A DNA stretch of 64,000 bases from Planktothrix sp. GU0601_MAG3. Lineage in GTDB: Bacteria > Cyanobacteriota > Cyanobacteriia > Cyanobacteriales > Microcoleaceae. The position numbers were made by a program, and so were the translations under genes. The stretch covers positions 4,372,578 to 4,436,577 of the forward strand of contig CP136572.1 of assembly GCA_035193785.1 (NCBI GenBank), written 5' to 3'. The notes under the pieces are model-generated. The model saw nothing but the letters and a program-made list of their open reading frames with translations, made no database searches and had not been told where the DNA came from. Below, piece after piece: positions 35,874-46,092 of the stretch. Position 1 is the stretch's first letter, and each line of letters begins with the position of its first letter.

Positions 35874-36236
35874 TTAGAAGTCTAATCCAGCTTCTCGGGC
35901 TGCATCAGCTAGGGCTTTCACGCGACCGTGATAGATATATCCGCCCCGATCAAATACCACTTTTTTAATGCCTTTAGCCACGGCCCGTTCAGCAATTAAC
36001 TGCCCGATTTTGACAGAGGCATCACAGGTTGCCCCGGACGAATCTGCTGATTTAAAATCGGGTTCTACGGTAGAGGCTGCGACTAGGGTGTGATGTTTTG
36101 TATCATCAATCACCTGCACATAAATGTGATGGTTGGAGCGAAACACTGCTAATCTAGGCCGTTCAGAGGTTCCAAAGACCTTGACCCGAACTCTCCGATG
36201 ACGACGATCCCGGGATTCTTGACGAGTTAGTTTCAT
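35874..36236 (-). CDS. rplR: 50S ribosomal protein L18
   Basis: '[10 protein letters not shown]', '[13 protein letters not shown]'. Confidence 0.97.
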   Translation of the reverse strand: MKLTRQESRDRRHRRVRVKVFGTSERPRLAVFRSNHHIYVQVIDDTKHHTLVAASTVEPDFKSADSSGATCDASVKIGQLIAERAVAKGIKKVVFDRGGYIYHGRVKALADAAREAGLDF

Positions 36237-36239
36237 AGT

Positions 36240-36789
36240 TTATTTTTTCCCACCCTTACCAGTTTTACCAGCTTTACGTCTGACCACTTCGCCTTGATAA
36301 CGAATGCCTTTGCCTTTATAGGGTTTCAGGGGGACGCACGGCACGAACCTTGGCGGCCATATTACCGACAATTTCCTTGTCAATCCCGCTAATGATCACG
36401 TTAGTGTTGTTTTCAACGGCAACGCGAATACCTTCCGGGGGGATCATTTCCACGGGTTTGCTATAACCGACGTTTAACACCAGGTTTGTACCTTGTACCG
36501 CTGCCCGATAACCGACCCCTTGGATTTCCAAACGACGTTCAAAGCCATTAGAAACCCCTTCAACCATATTAGATACCAGGGTTCGACAGAGGCCATGACG
36601 CTGACGAGCCGTGCGAGACTCGGAGGCTCGCTTGACGTTAACGGTTTCTCCGTCCTGTTCGACCACAACTTCCGGGGGAAGCACACGGGATAGTTCACCC
36701 TTGGGGCCTTTAACTATAACCTGTTGACCATTAATGGTTAGGGTGACAGCGGGGGGTACAGAAATTGGACGTTTACCAATCCTAGACAT
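36240..36789 (-). CDS. rplF: 50S ribosomal protein L6 (frameshift at 36323)
   Basis: 'MSRIGK', 'GVGYRA'; '[11 protein letters not shown]' restored after correction. Confidence 0.96.
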
Positions 36790-36939
36790 AGTTGTTTATT
36801 TGTTTCAATTCTCGAATAGAAAAGGGTTGGATTAGTTCTAATCGTGCTCGTTGACTGTTCACACCAGATACAGCAGACAAAACATAAGGCTTTGAAATCA
36901 GTAAACCCTAAGTCTGAGTCAGTGAGATGGGCGAACTTT

Positions 36940-37341
36940 TTACCAAATGTAGCAAAGCACTTCACCACCAACACCTTGGCGTCGGGCTTCTCGGTCAGTC
37001 ATGACCCCACAAGACGTAGAAATAATTGCCACACCAATGCCACCTAATACGCGAGGGAGTTCCTTGCGGTTGCGATACACTCGCAAACCCGGTCGGCTGA
37101 CTCGCTCTAATTTCTGGATGGTTGGAGCTTTCGTTTTAGAGTTGTACTTGAGGGAGACCACCAAGTATTTTTTAATGCCTTCGCCTGTTTCCTCAAAGTC
37201 TGCAATAAAGCCCTCTTGTTTGAGAACTTGGGCTATACTACGAGTCATTCTTGTAGAAGGAATTTGTGTAGTTTGATGCCGCGCCATGCAAGAATTGCGA
37301 ATGCGCGTCAACATATCCGCAATAGTATCGTTTGCCGCCAT
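36940..37341 (-). CDS. rpsH: 30S ribosomal protein S8
   Basis: '[10 protein letters not shown]', 'SRPGLRVY', 'GGEVLCYIW'. Confidence 0.97.
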   Translation of the reverse strand: MAANDTIADMLTRIRNSCMARHQTTQIPSTRMTRSIAQVLKQEGFIADFEETGEGIKKYLVVSLKYNSKTKAPTIQKLERVSRPGLRVYRNRKELPRVLGGIGVAIISTSCGVMTDREARRQGVGGEVLCYIW

Positions 37342-37359
37342 AGTTTCCTCGTTACTTTA

Positions 37360-37912
37360 CTACACACCGCTTTCCCGAAAAGGCATTCCCATTTCTTTGA
37401 GCAAGGCTCGCCCTTCTTCATCGGTTTTGGCCGTGGTGACAATTGAAATATCTAAGCCTCGAATTTGATCAATACTGTCATAGCTGATTTCAGGAAAGAT
37501 CAGTTGTTCTCGGACACCCAAACTGTAGTTACCTCGACCATCAAAACTTTTTCCACTCACACCCCGAAAGTCACGAATCCGAGGTAAGGATAAGTTGATT
37601 AGTCGATCTAAGAAGGCATACATCCGTTCTGAACGCAGGGTCACCATCACACCAACGGGCATTCCTTTGCGGACTTTGAATCCAGCAATGGCTTTTGTGG
37701 CTCTTGTGACTACGGGTTTTTGTCCGGTAATCACGGCCAATTCATTCAGGGAGGACTCTAACGCTTTAGCATTTTGAGACGCTTCACCTAAACCCCGGTT
37801 GATTGTGACCTTAACAATCTTAGGAACCTGATGGATGTTCTCATATTGGAAACTGCTCCATCATTTTGGGGACGATTTTGTCCAAGTAGACAGTCTTGAG
37901 TTTAGCTACCAT
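37360..37912 (-). CDS. rplE: 50S ribosomal protein L5 (frameshift at 37849)
   Basis: 'ITGQKP', 'LPRIRDFRG', 'FDGRGNY'. Confidence 0.96.
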
Positions 37913-38036
37913 AGTGAGTTGCTCTTTATAAATCCTGGGCTTTGTCAGGATGGTTGACAATTGGAATCACGAATTACGAATTACGAATTACGAATGGGTT
38001 TGGGTTTTGGGTAATTCCCTGTGCCCTGTTCCCTCT

Positions 38037-38390
38037 TTAATCGATAATTTCGCCCGTTTTTTTCAGCATTCTCACCTTACGTCCGTCTTCGGTAAAGGTG
38101 TAACACACCCGACTGGCAACGTTTTCCTTGGTGGAATACAGCATCACATTAGAACTGTGAACTGGAGCTTCAAAAGTCGTAATCTGACCGGATTCTCCCT
38201 CTTGACGAGGTTTAACGTGCTTGGTTCTCACGTTAACATCCTTAACAACGACTTTACTGGCTTTGGGAAGAACCCGGATAATTTCTCCGACTTTTCCTTT
38301 ATCGCTACCCGTAATCACCTGCACGGTATCGCCTTTTTTAACGTGCATTTTATAGCGTTCGGGCTTATTAGATGTGGTTTTTTTGGACAT
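38037..38390 (-). CDS. rplX: 50S ribosomal protein L24
   Basis: '[16 protein letters not shown]', 'EAPVHSSNV'. Confidence 0.97.
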   Translation of the reverse strand: MSKKTTSNKPERYKMHVKKGDTVQVITGSDKGKVGEIIRVLPKASKVVVKDVNVRTKHVKPRQEGESGQITTFEAPVHSSNVMLYSTKENVASRVCYTFTEDGRKVRMLKKTGEIID

Positions 38391-38758
38391 TACAGAACCT
38401 CCGGTGCAAGGGAAACAATTTTCGTGAAATTCTTATCCCGTAGTTCCCGAGCCACAGGGCCAAATACACGAGTGCCTCTGGGGTTACCGTCTGCGTTGAT
38501 AATCACCGCCGCATTGTCATCAAACCGAATGCTCATGCCACTATCTCGACGTAAACTATGACGAGTACGGACGATTACGGCCCGAACTACATCAGATCTT
38601 TTTACCGCCATATTGGGAATTGCATCCTTGACCACCGCAATGATCACATCGCCGATTCCGCCATAGCGACAGTTGCCCCCTTTTAAAACGCGAATACACA
38701 TGAGTTTCCGCGCACCGCTATTGTCAGCAACATTGAGAATTGTTTGGACTTGAATCAT
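38390..38758 (-). CDS. rplN: 50S ribosomal protein L14
   Basis: 'VADNSGA', 'FDDNAAV', 'SLAPEVL'. Confidence 0.97.
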   Translation of the reverse strand: MIQVQTILNVADNSGARKLMCIRVLKGGNCRYGGIGDVIIAVVKDAIPNMAVKRSDVVRAVIVRTRHSLRRDSGMSIRFDDNAAVIINADGNPRGTRVFGPVARELRDKNFTKIVSLAPEVL

Positions 38759-38796
38759 GATCTCCCGTTTTTCTTTCTCAAGTAATACCCAAATCC

Positions 38797-39054
38797 CTAC
38801 AGATTGGTTTTGTCATTACCGCTTAGAATTTCGACCACATTCCAGCGTTTTGTTTTGCTTAAAGGGCGAGTTTCAGAAATACGAACTCTATCCCCCTCTT
38901 GACATTTGTTGTCTTCGTCGTGGGCTTTATATCGTTTAGTTTTGACGACAATTTTGCCGTATTTAGGATGGGGAGAACGGTTTTCTACCGTTACAACCAC
39001 TGTTTTATCCATTTTGTTACTAACGACCAAGCCAACTCTTTCTTTTACTGCCAT
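38797..39054 (-). CDS. rpsQ: 30S ribosomal protein S17
   Basis: '[12 protein letters not shown]', 'HPKYGK', '[11 protein letters not shown]'. Confidence 0.97.
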   Translation of the reverse strand: MAVKERVGLVVSNKMDKTVVVTVENRSPHPKYGKIVVKTKRYKAHDEDNKCQEGDRVRISETRPLSKTKRWNVVEILSGNDKTNL

Positions 39055-39187
39055 AGTGCAAATCTCTCCAAAGTCAGTTATTAGTCATCGGTCATCAGTC
39101 ATCATTTAACAGTTATCGGTTTTTGGTTTCTGGTTTTTAGTTATCAGTTCTGATTCGGTGAGTTGATAACTATTAACGATTAACTTT

Positions 39188-39415
39188 TCACTGATCACTG
39201 ATTACTAATAACTGATTACTGATTTGGCGTTCCCGTTCCACCGTTTTTAATTGGGCTAAACGATGGCGCGTGTGCTTAAACTCGTGGGGTTTTTCTAAAC
39301 GCCCGGTTGCTTTGAGTAACCGCAAGTTAGCCAATTGTTTTTTGATGTCCAAGATTTGCTGAGACAGTTCTTCATCATTTAACTGTCTGGCTTCTTCGAT
39401 TTTAGGAAAAGACAT
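39188..39415 (-). CDS. rpmC: 50S ribosomal protein L29
   Basis: 'LRL.KATG.LEKPH', 'LAQLKT'; position between rplP and rpsQ. Confidence 0.93.
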   Translation of the reverse strand: MSFPKIEEARQLNDEELSQQILDIKKQLANLRLLKATGRLEKPHEFKHTRHRLAQLKTVERERQISNQLLVISDQ

Positions 39416-39472
39416 AAAAGAGTCCTGTGGTATTGACAGTTAACCGTTAACGGTTAATGGTTAACAGCACTT

Positions 39473-39899
39473 TTATTGAGCTTCTTCGTCAACGGGGCGG
39501 GCAATAAATTTGGTTTTAATCGGCAATTTAAACGCCGCTAACCGCATTGCTTCCCGGGCAATTTCTTCGGTAACTCCGGCAATTTCAAATAATACCCGGC
39601 CGGGTTTGACCACAGCCACCCAATACTCAGGAGCACCTTTACCGGAAACCCATACGGGTTTCAGCGGCTCTCATGGTTACGGGCTTATCGGGGAAAATCC
39701 GAATCCAAATTTTTCCACCCCGACGAATATAACGAGTCATGGCTCGACGGGCTGCTTCGATTTGGCGAGAGGTAATCCAACAGGGTTCTAAAGCTTGCAG
39801 TGCGAAATCACCGAAATTTAGATCATTACCGCGGGTCGCTTGACCTCTCATACGGCCACGCTGTTGTTTGCGGAATTTTGTTCTTCTTGGACTTAACAT
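39473..39899 (-). CDS. rplP: 50S ribosomal protein L16 (frameshift at 39645)
   Basis: '[12 protein letters not shown]', 'QIEAARR', 'RIFPDKP'; RMGSGKG restored after correction. Confidence 0.96.
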
Positions 39900-39995
39900 G
39901 ATCGAATCCGATAATCAGTAATAACTTATCCATGCCCACCAGACGCGCCATGGCACGCCTGTACCAGTCAATAGATAACACAGACAACAATCCTT

Positions 39996-40724
39996 TTATC
40001 CTTCGTTAGAACGGTCGTCATATTTTTGACGACGAGGTTGCCGATTCCGACGGGGTTGATTGGTCGGAGCATTCGCCAATTCCTCTTGTCCTGGGATAAT
40101 TTCGCCCTTAAAGACCCAAACTTTAACGCCGAGAATGCCGTAAACAGTCAACGCTGTGTAGTAAGCGTAGTCAATATCAGCCCGGAGGGTATGCAGAGGA
40201 ACTCTGCCTTCCCGAGTCCATTCAGTTCGAGCGATTTCTGCTCCGTTCAACCGACCGCTGACTTGAATTTTGATCCCTTCAATTCCGGCTTTTTGCGCCC
40301 GGGTAATGGCCTGACGCACGACTCGACGGAAGGAAACCCGTTTTTCTAGTTGTTGGGCGATATACTCAGCAATTAAGGTGGCATCCGCATCAACCTTGGC
40401 AACTTCCACCACGTTGATCCGAATTTGGCGATTATTGCCGAGTTTTTTCTGGAGACCCAGACGCAGGGTTTCAATTCCTGCCCCCCCACGACCCACCACC
40501 ACACCCGGTCTGGCGGTATGAATTTCTAAGTCAACTTGATCGGCTTTACGTTCAATTCGGACTTTAGAAATTCCGGCATTACTCAATTCCTTGCGAACAT
40601 ACTCCCGAATCGTATGGTCTTCTTGTAACAGTTCGGGATACTGTTTGGAATCCGCAAACCAACGAGATCGATGTTCTTGGGTAATTCCTAACCGGAACCC
40701 AATAGGATTAATTTTTTGTCCCAT
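39996..40724 (-). CDS. rpsC: 30S ribosomal protein S3
   Basis: 'MGQKINP.GFRLG', '[10 protein letters not shown]', '[11 protein letters not shown]'. Confidence 0.97.
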   Translation of the reverse strand: MGQKINPIGFRLGITQEHRSRWFADSKQYPELLQEDHTIREYVRKELSNAGISKVRIERKADQVDLEIHTARPGVVVGRGGAGIETLRLGLQKKLGNNRQIRINVVEVAKVDADATLIAEYIAQQLEKRVSFRRVVRQAITRAQKAGIEGIKIQVSGRLNGAEIARTEWTREGRVPLHTLRADIDYAYYTALTVYGILGVKVWVFKGEIIPGQEELANAPTNQPRRNRQPRRQKYDDRSNEG

Positions 40725-40789
40725 GTTTCAATTCTTTTTTAGAAAAGAGTTAGAATTTCCTACTCGCACTTGCTGCTGATGGTAATTTC

Positions 40790-41146
40790 CTACTCCGTGG
40801 CCGGAGCTACGGCAACCACAATATGACAAGTCGGCTTTCTAATTTGGTAGGCACGACCCTGGGCGCGAGGTCTAAACCGTTTAATGGTTGGCCCTTGATC
40901 CGCGTAAGCCTGGGAAATCACTAAACTGGCAGGATCTAGACCAGAATTGTGTTCTGCGTTAGCAACCGCAGAGCGTAAAACTTTGAGAATTGGCTCACAA
41001 GACCGATAGGGCATGAATTCCAAAATAATCAAAGCTTCCCGGTAGGATCGTCCTCGAATCTGATCCAAGACTCGTCTGACTTTATGAGGTGACATCCGAA
41101 TGTAACGAGCGATCGCCTTCACCTCGGCGCTAGTATCTATAGCCAT
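40790..41146 (-). CDS. rplV: 50S ribosomal protein L22
   Basis: 'RMSPHKVR', 'SAVANAEHN', 'RPRAQGRA'. Confidence 0.97.
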   Translation of the reverse strand: MAIDTSAEVKAIARYIRMSPHKVRRVLDQIRGRSYREALIILEFMPYRSCEPILKVLRSAVANAEHNSGLDPASLVISQAYADQGPTIKRFRPRAQGRAYQIRKPTCHIVVAVAPATE

Positions 41147-41281
41147 AGTTAACGTATCCGCATTATCAGTTATCAGTTATCAGTTTATCGGACGTGCTTC
41201 ATAGCCAGCGATGCCCGTGGGCTATTAGCGCGTCTTCATCAGTTATCAGTGAATAAAATATTTACTGTTTACTGTTTACTG

Positions 41282-41560
41282 TTAACGGCGGGCTTTTTTG
41301 TCACTTTTAGCGTGACCTCGGAAGGTACGAGTTGGAGCAAATTCTCCCAATTTGTGACCGACCATTTGTTCCGTGAGAAACACAGGAACGTGTTGTCTGC
41401 CGTTGTGGACGGCGATCGTATGACCCACCATTTGAGGAATAATCGTCGATGCTCTTGACCAGGTTTTAATTACCTGTTTTTCTCCCTTAGCATTGAGTTT
41501 TTCAACTTTGCTCAGGAGATGATCAGCCACAAAAGGGCCTTTTTTAAGTGAACGAGACAT
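41282..41560 (-). CDS. rpsS: 30S ribosomal protein S19
   Basis: '[11 protein letters not shown]', 'KTWSRAS', '[11 protein letters not shown]'. Confidence 0.97.
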   Translation of the reverse strand: MSRSLKKGPFVADHLLSKVEKLNAKGEKQVIKTWSRASTIIPQMVGHTIAVHNGRQHVPVFLTEQMVGHKLGEFAPTRTFRGHAKSDKKARR

Positions 41561-41647
41561 AGTTAATTTATTAACCGTTAAGGTGTCAAGGTGTTGCAGT
41601 GTTGACTGTTGACCGAAGGAATCGTCAACGGCCAACCGACAACCCGA

Positions 41648-42511
41648 TTAAGTTTGCCGTCCACCTTTACCCCGTTTCGAGGACTTCCGACGACGACGAA
41701 CAATCAAAGCGGTACTGCGTTTTTTCTTGTTCCGAGTCTTCGCGCCTAGGGCGGGTTTACCCCAAGGAGTAACAGGGCCAGAACGACCGATAGGAGCGCG
41801 TCCTTCACCACCACCATGGGGGTGATCCACCGGGTTCATCACACTACCGCGAACTTCAGGACGACGACCTTTCCAGCGCTTCCGACCGGCTTTGCCGATA
41901 CTGATGTTCCGAGCATCAATATTACCCACCTGTCCAATGGTGGCGTAGGATTTAGCTGGGATTTTGCGTTGTTCCCCCGAAGGTAATTTCAGGGTCACAT
42001 AGTCCCCTTCTTTTGCCAGTACTTGAGCCGTAGCACCGGCGGCTCGAACGATTTGTCCCCCTTTACCGGGAATCAATTCGACGTTATGCACGTCCGTCCC
42101 CAACGGAATTTTCGATAGGGGCAGGGCATTCCCGATCTCGATGGGAGCTTCTGGGCCAGAAACAATCATGGTTCCGACTTTGAGTCCTAACGGATGCAGG
42201 ATATAACGCTTTTCCCCATCGGTGTAATACACCAGGGCAATCCGAGCATTACGGTTGGGATCGTACTCAATCTCAGCGACTCTGGCGAGGATTTCGTGCT
42301 TATCGCGACGAAAATCAACGATTCGATACAGCTTTTTGTGTCCGCCACCCCGATGACGGCAGGTAATCACGCCCCGGTTGTTTCTGCCTTTATCCCGGTG
42401 TTTGGAAGTGGTTAAAGAACGTTCCGGTTCAGAACGGGTAATTTCTGCAAAATCAGAAACAGTATGTTGGCGAGTACCGGGAGTATAGGGTCGGTATGAA
42501 CGAATTCCCAT
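41648..42511 (-). CDS. rplB: 50S ribosomal protein L2
   Basis: '[12 protein letters not shown]', '[13 protein letters not shown]'. Confidence 0.98.
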   Translation of the reverse strand: MGIRSYRPYTPGTRQHTVSDFAEITRSEPERSLTTSKHRDKGRNNRGVITCRHRGGGHKKLYRIVDFRRDKHEILARVAEIEYDPNRNARIALVYYTDGEKRYILHPLGLKVGTMIVSGPEAPIEIGNALPLSKIPLGTDVHNVELIPGKGGQIVRAAGATAQVLAKEGDYVTLKLPSGEQRKIPAKSYATIGQVGNIDARNISIGKAGRKRWKGRRPEVRGSVMNPVDHPHGGGEGRAPIGRSGPVTPWGKPALGAKTRNKKKRSTALIVRRRRKSSKRGKGGRQT

Positions 42512-42632
42512 TATCTAATCCTTACTAATCAGTAATCAGTTATCAGTTATCAGTTATCAGTCAAGAAAAAATGCAAGATTTAAGGTTTAATTCCTACAAT
42601 ATTTACTGTTCACTGATGACCAACAACTGACT

Positions 42633-42938
42633 CTACACCCCAGGGAACAATACTTTCCGCAGAGGCTCCCCATCCTCTAGGGTAATAATTGCCCGTTTGT
42701 AGCCTGTTTTAAAGCCCACAAATTTACCGACCCGACGACGTTTACGAGGCGGAATATGGGTATTAACGGCTTTGACTTTCACGGGGAATAACAGTTCAAT
42801 CGCTTGTTTGATCATCGGCTTAGTTGCGTGCCGATCAACATCAAAGGTGAACTGATTGATTTCCATCAACCTCGTAGCTTTTTCCGTCACAATCGGACGC
42901 TTTACCAAATCAATCAGATCGCCGGGATCATGTTGCAT
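42633..42938 (-). CDS. rplW: 50S ribosomal protein L23
   Basis: 'PIVTEKA', 'VKAVNT', 'YKRAIITL'. Confidence 0.95.
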   Translation of the reverse strand: MQHDPGDLIDLVKRPIVTEKATRLMEINQFTFDVDRHATKPMIKQAIELLFPVKVKAVNTHIPPRKRRRVGKFVGFKTGYKRAIITLEDGEPLRKVLFPGV

Positions 42939-43566
42939 CTCCGTAAACCTCCTGAATTTTGGCTAGGGCAGCAGCGGTGGTTACAATTTTGTCAGCGGCC
43001 AGGACGTCATAAACATTCAAGCTATCGGACAAGCACATTCTCAATTTGGGGATGTTGCGACCGGACAGATAAATATTGGGTTGTTTCTCTGACAGCACCA
43101 ACAGAACTCTAGCTTCGGCTTCAATGCCCCAACGGGTCATGGCCGATACTAGGTCTTTGGTTTTAGGTCGAGAAAACTGATCCGCAAAGTCTTCTACCAC
43201 AATCAGATCCTCAGCCCGGCTTTGAAAGGCGGTGCGTAGGGCTAACTGTCTTTCTTTGCGATTCATTTTCTGGGAATAGTCTCTGGGTTTTGGCCCAAAG
43301 ATCACCCCGCCCCCTCGCCAGAGGGGAGAACGAATAGAACCGGCTCTAGCGCGACCTGTACCTTTTTGACGCCAAGGTTTGCGACCACCCCCCCGAACTT
43401 CCGCTCGGGTTTTGGTGCAGGCTGTACCTTGACGAGCATTGGCTAGTTGCCGGACTACGGCTCTATGAACAATATGACTGGCATTTTCGGGAGATGCGAC
43501 TTTCAGATCCAGGGTCGCTTGCCCTACGGTTTCACCTTGCCAATTTCGGACTACACAATCAACCAT
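42928..43566 (-). CDS. rplD: 50S ribosomal protein L4
   Basis: '[15 protein letters not shown]', '[11 protein letters not shown]'. Confidence 0.97.
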   Translation of the reverse strand: MVDCVVRNWQGETVGQATLDLKVASPENASHIVHRAVVRQLANARQGTACTKTRAEVRGGGRKPWRQKGTGRARAGSIRSPLWRGGGVIFGPKPRDYSQKMNRKERQLALRTAFQSRAEDLIVVEDFADQFSRPKTKDLVSAMTRWGIEAEARVLLVLSEKQPNIYLSGRNIPKLRMCLSDSLNVYDVLAADKIVTTAAALAKIQEVYGDAT

Positions 43567-43580
43567 AGTTATCTCCTTGA

Positions 43581-44271
43581 CTACTTACCACCGACGATGT
43601 TAGCTGGGGCGATGCTCAACAAACCACCGGGCTTGCCAGGAAACCGCTCCTTTGACTAACAGGAGGTTACGTTCAGGATCGATACGCACAACGATTAATT
43701 TGCGAGTGGTAACTTGGCTGTCTCCATAATGTCCAGCCATGCGTTTTCCAGGATAAACACGACCAGGAGTGGTTCCTGGGCCGATCGAACCAGGTTGACG
43801 ATGGTTTTTGGAACCGTGGGCCATGGGGCCGCGTTTGAAGTTATGCCGTTTTTGATAACCGGAGAAGCCACGACCCATAGTGGTTCCACTGACATCCACC
43901 AGTTGTCCTGGGGTGAAAATATCAGCTTTGAGTTGTTGGCCCAATTCAAAAGATTCGGGTTCACTCACCCGGTATTCTTTCAAGTGACGTACACAGGTGC
44001 CGCCGGATTTGGCTAAATGTCCTTGTTCCGCATTGCTGAGATACTTATTGACCTCTTTGTCGGGAGTTTTTTTTGTATTAAGCTTGCGTTTGTTATCAGG
44101 AACTTCACCGTATCCCAGTTGGATGGCTGTGTAGCCGTCGGTTTGTTTGGTCTTAATCTGGGTTACAATGCAAGGCCCGGCTTGAATGACGGTGACAGGA
44201 ATGGCTTTCCCGCTTTCCGCTTCAAATATTTGGGTCATGCCAACCTTTGTGCCGAGGATACCTACAGACAC
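43581..44271 (-). CDS. rplC: 50S ribosomal protein L3 (frameshift at 43640)
   Basis: '[10 protein letters not shown]', 'HGSKNHR.PGSIG', '[12 protein letters not shown]'. Confidence 0.96.
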
Positions 44272-44302
44272 TTAAACTAGCCTCTCTTTTCTAAGCATTA
44301 CA

Positions 44303-44475
44303 TTGACACTCACCGCCCTAAAAGTGCGGTAATTCCCGGGCTGAATCTTGCCTAATCACGACGATGCCGATTTTGGTCTTACAGTTTCATGTCTAGTCCG
44401 ACTACACCTTTTACGGCAAGCACTCTGATGGACTACTCCCCCAGCGTAAATTTCCGTATGCCCTACGGTATTTAA
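44303..44475 (-). mobile_element. TnpB 3'-end / right-end (omegaRNA) remnant of an IS200/IS605 element inside the rplC leader; may extend to a hairpin near 44634-44655
   Basis: The minus strand encodes a TnpB-like tail NTVGHTEIYAGGVVHQSACRKRCSRTRHETVRPKSASS*, then the hairpin ACCGCACTTTTAGGGCGGT and terminal GTGTCAA. Confidence 0.7.
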
Positions 44476-45003
44476 TTACTTACTTTGTGTCCTTGCAGTT
44501 TGGACTTACTTTTAAACCATTGACTGCTAGGAGTTATAAAATTAGGATCGACTTTTAGGAAGAATCCGCTTGCAACAGACAAACAAGACATTTTTGAAAA
44601 TGGCTTGCTGAAGTTTAAACACACCAAAAACGTATCCCACCTTTTAAGGAGGATAAATTTTGGGGGAGTTTAGAACAGTTTCAGGCTATCAACAAGTTCT
44701 AAGCTGTTTGCGAATCGAGGATTTTTCTCGATACTGCCTTTATGTCGCCTGGACTTGAGCAGCAAGCTACTCAGTATCCTTTGCTGATTTATCTCAAATT
44801 CTTTGCAGATTCCTTGGCTTGCGCCGAATTTGTTTGGAATTCAAGGTCAGTCGGTTGCTGTTTCCTTGCGGATTCGGCTTAACTGATTTACTCCTAATTA
44901 CTGACTTCTTGGGGGTGAACACCGTTAACGCGATGTCCCCACCGCCTCTGAAATTTGGTATTTTAGAAGCTCACAGTATTTGACCGATTAGCGACAATTT
45001 TTA

Positions 45004-45032
45004 ATTGTAGGGTAATTTTAACAAACTGTCAA
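45004..45032 (-). promoter_or_regulatory. Sigma70-type promoter of the rplC (S10) operon
   Basis: Minus strand TTGACA-17 nt-TACAAT. Confidence 0.75.
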
Positions 45033-45120
45033 GAACCAATACGGATTCGGATCGCAATTGTGTCAAAATATCTCAAGCAAGGATTCAGCAAGATGCAGTT
45101 AAGAGGTTAATCACCAAGTT

Positions 45121-45598
45121 ATGGCACTGATTACAACGGGAAGCAAGCTGATTAAGGATTTAGAGACATACAAGGCTTTAGGAATGTATGTTCCCCTCGA
45201 GGGTGGGTTTGAGGGACGGTATCGTCGTCGGTTACGCGCCCATGGATATACGACCTATAGCCTGACCGCCCGGGGTTTAGGAGATTTGGCGGCTTATTTA
45301 ACCGGGGTGCATGGGGTTCGTCCTGCTCATTTAGGTAAAAAAAGCAGTGGGAATGAAGCGGCTGTGGGTAATGTTTATTATGTTCCCCCGATTTTAAATA
45401 CCCAGTTAGATCAACTTCCACCTAAATCGAAAGGTCTAGTCCTGTGGATTATTGAAGGTCATATTTTGTCGAGTCAAGAGATCGCGTTTCTGACTCAGTT
45501 ACCCCAACAAGAAACCCCGGGTCAAGTTAGTGGTAGAAATGGGTGGAGCGCGGCAGGTACAATGGACACCGCTCAAGGATGTAAATATTGCAGCTTGA
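45121..45598 (+). CDS. ndhN: NDH-1 subunit N (frameshift at 45511)
   Basis: 'PLEGGFEGRYRRRLRA.GY', 'ARGLGD', 'HGVRPAHLGK', 'KGLVLWIIEG'. Confidence 0.92.
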
Positions 45599-45632
45599 GC
45601 AATGTGATTAATTTTGAGGTTAATTTTCAGCT

Positions 45633-45667
45633 AAAATAAGTTGGGTGAACACCCGACTTATTTTTTT
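45633..45667 (+). terminator. Rho-independent terminator after ndhN
   Basis: aaaataagttgggtg-aa-cacccgacttatttt hairpin with a T tract. Confidence 0.7.
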
Positions 45668-45703
45668 AATAAAAACGCTGCGATTAATCAATAAAAATAT
45701 TAG

Positions 45704-46021
45704 TATAGCAATAGGCAATAGGCAATAGGCAATCTCGCTATAGGCAATCTCGCTATAGGTAAATACTTACTATGACAGGACTTACGCAAAACAACCATAT
45801 CTAGTAGGGGCGAATGGCCATTCGCCCCTACAGATGGTGTATAATTGGGTATTCTGCGTAAGTCCTGTATGAGAAGTTTTTAGCTTTCAAGAATGTCCTA
45901 ATAGATACGGCAACTGCTAAGTACCTAAACAAAATTAATTAGACATCCTCTACCCTATTCCCTGTTCCCTGTTCCGGTGTTCCCTCTATCAATTAGGTAA
46001 TTTATTTTGTGCAACTACTTA
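45704..46021. mobile_element. Cluster of three nested or adjacent MITE-like elements
   Basis: Outer TATAGCA...TGCTA element with a homologue at 58057. Inner 92-bp element (45776-45867) has 13-bp TIRs CAGGACTTACGCA and a TATGA duplication. Third element (45918-46021) has imperfect TIRs TAAGTA...AAAAT.AATTA. Confidence 0.75.
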
Positions 46022-46092
46022 TCAAGAATACAAGCAGTTCATTTAATCACAAATAACTCTAAAACTCCGATTCTTGTGTCACCATAGGAAGT

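Noticed and set aside
30745..44271. Absence of rpsJ, rpsN, rpmD and rpsD from the superoperon
   Set aside because: This is the normal cyanobacterial arrangement.
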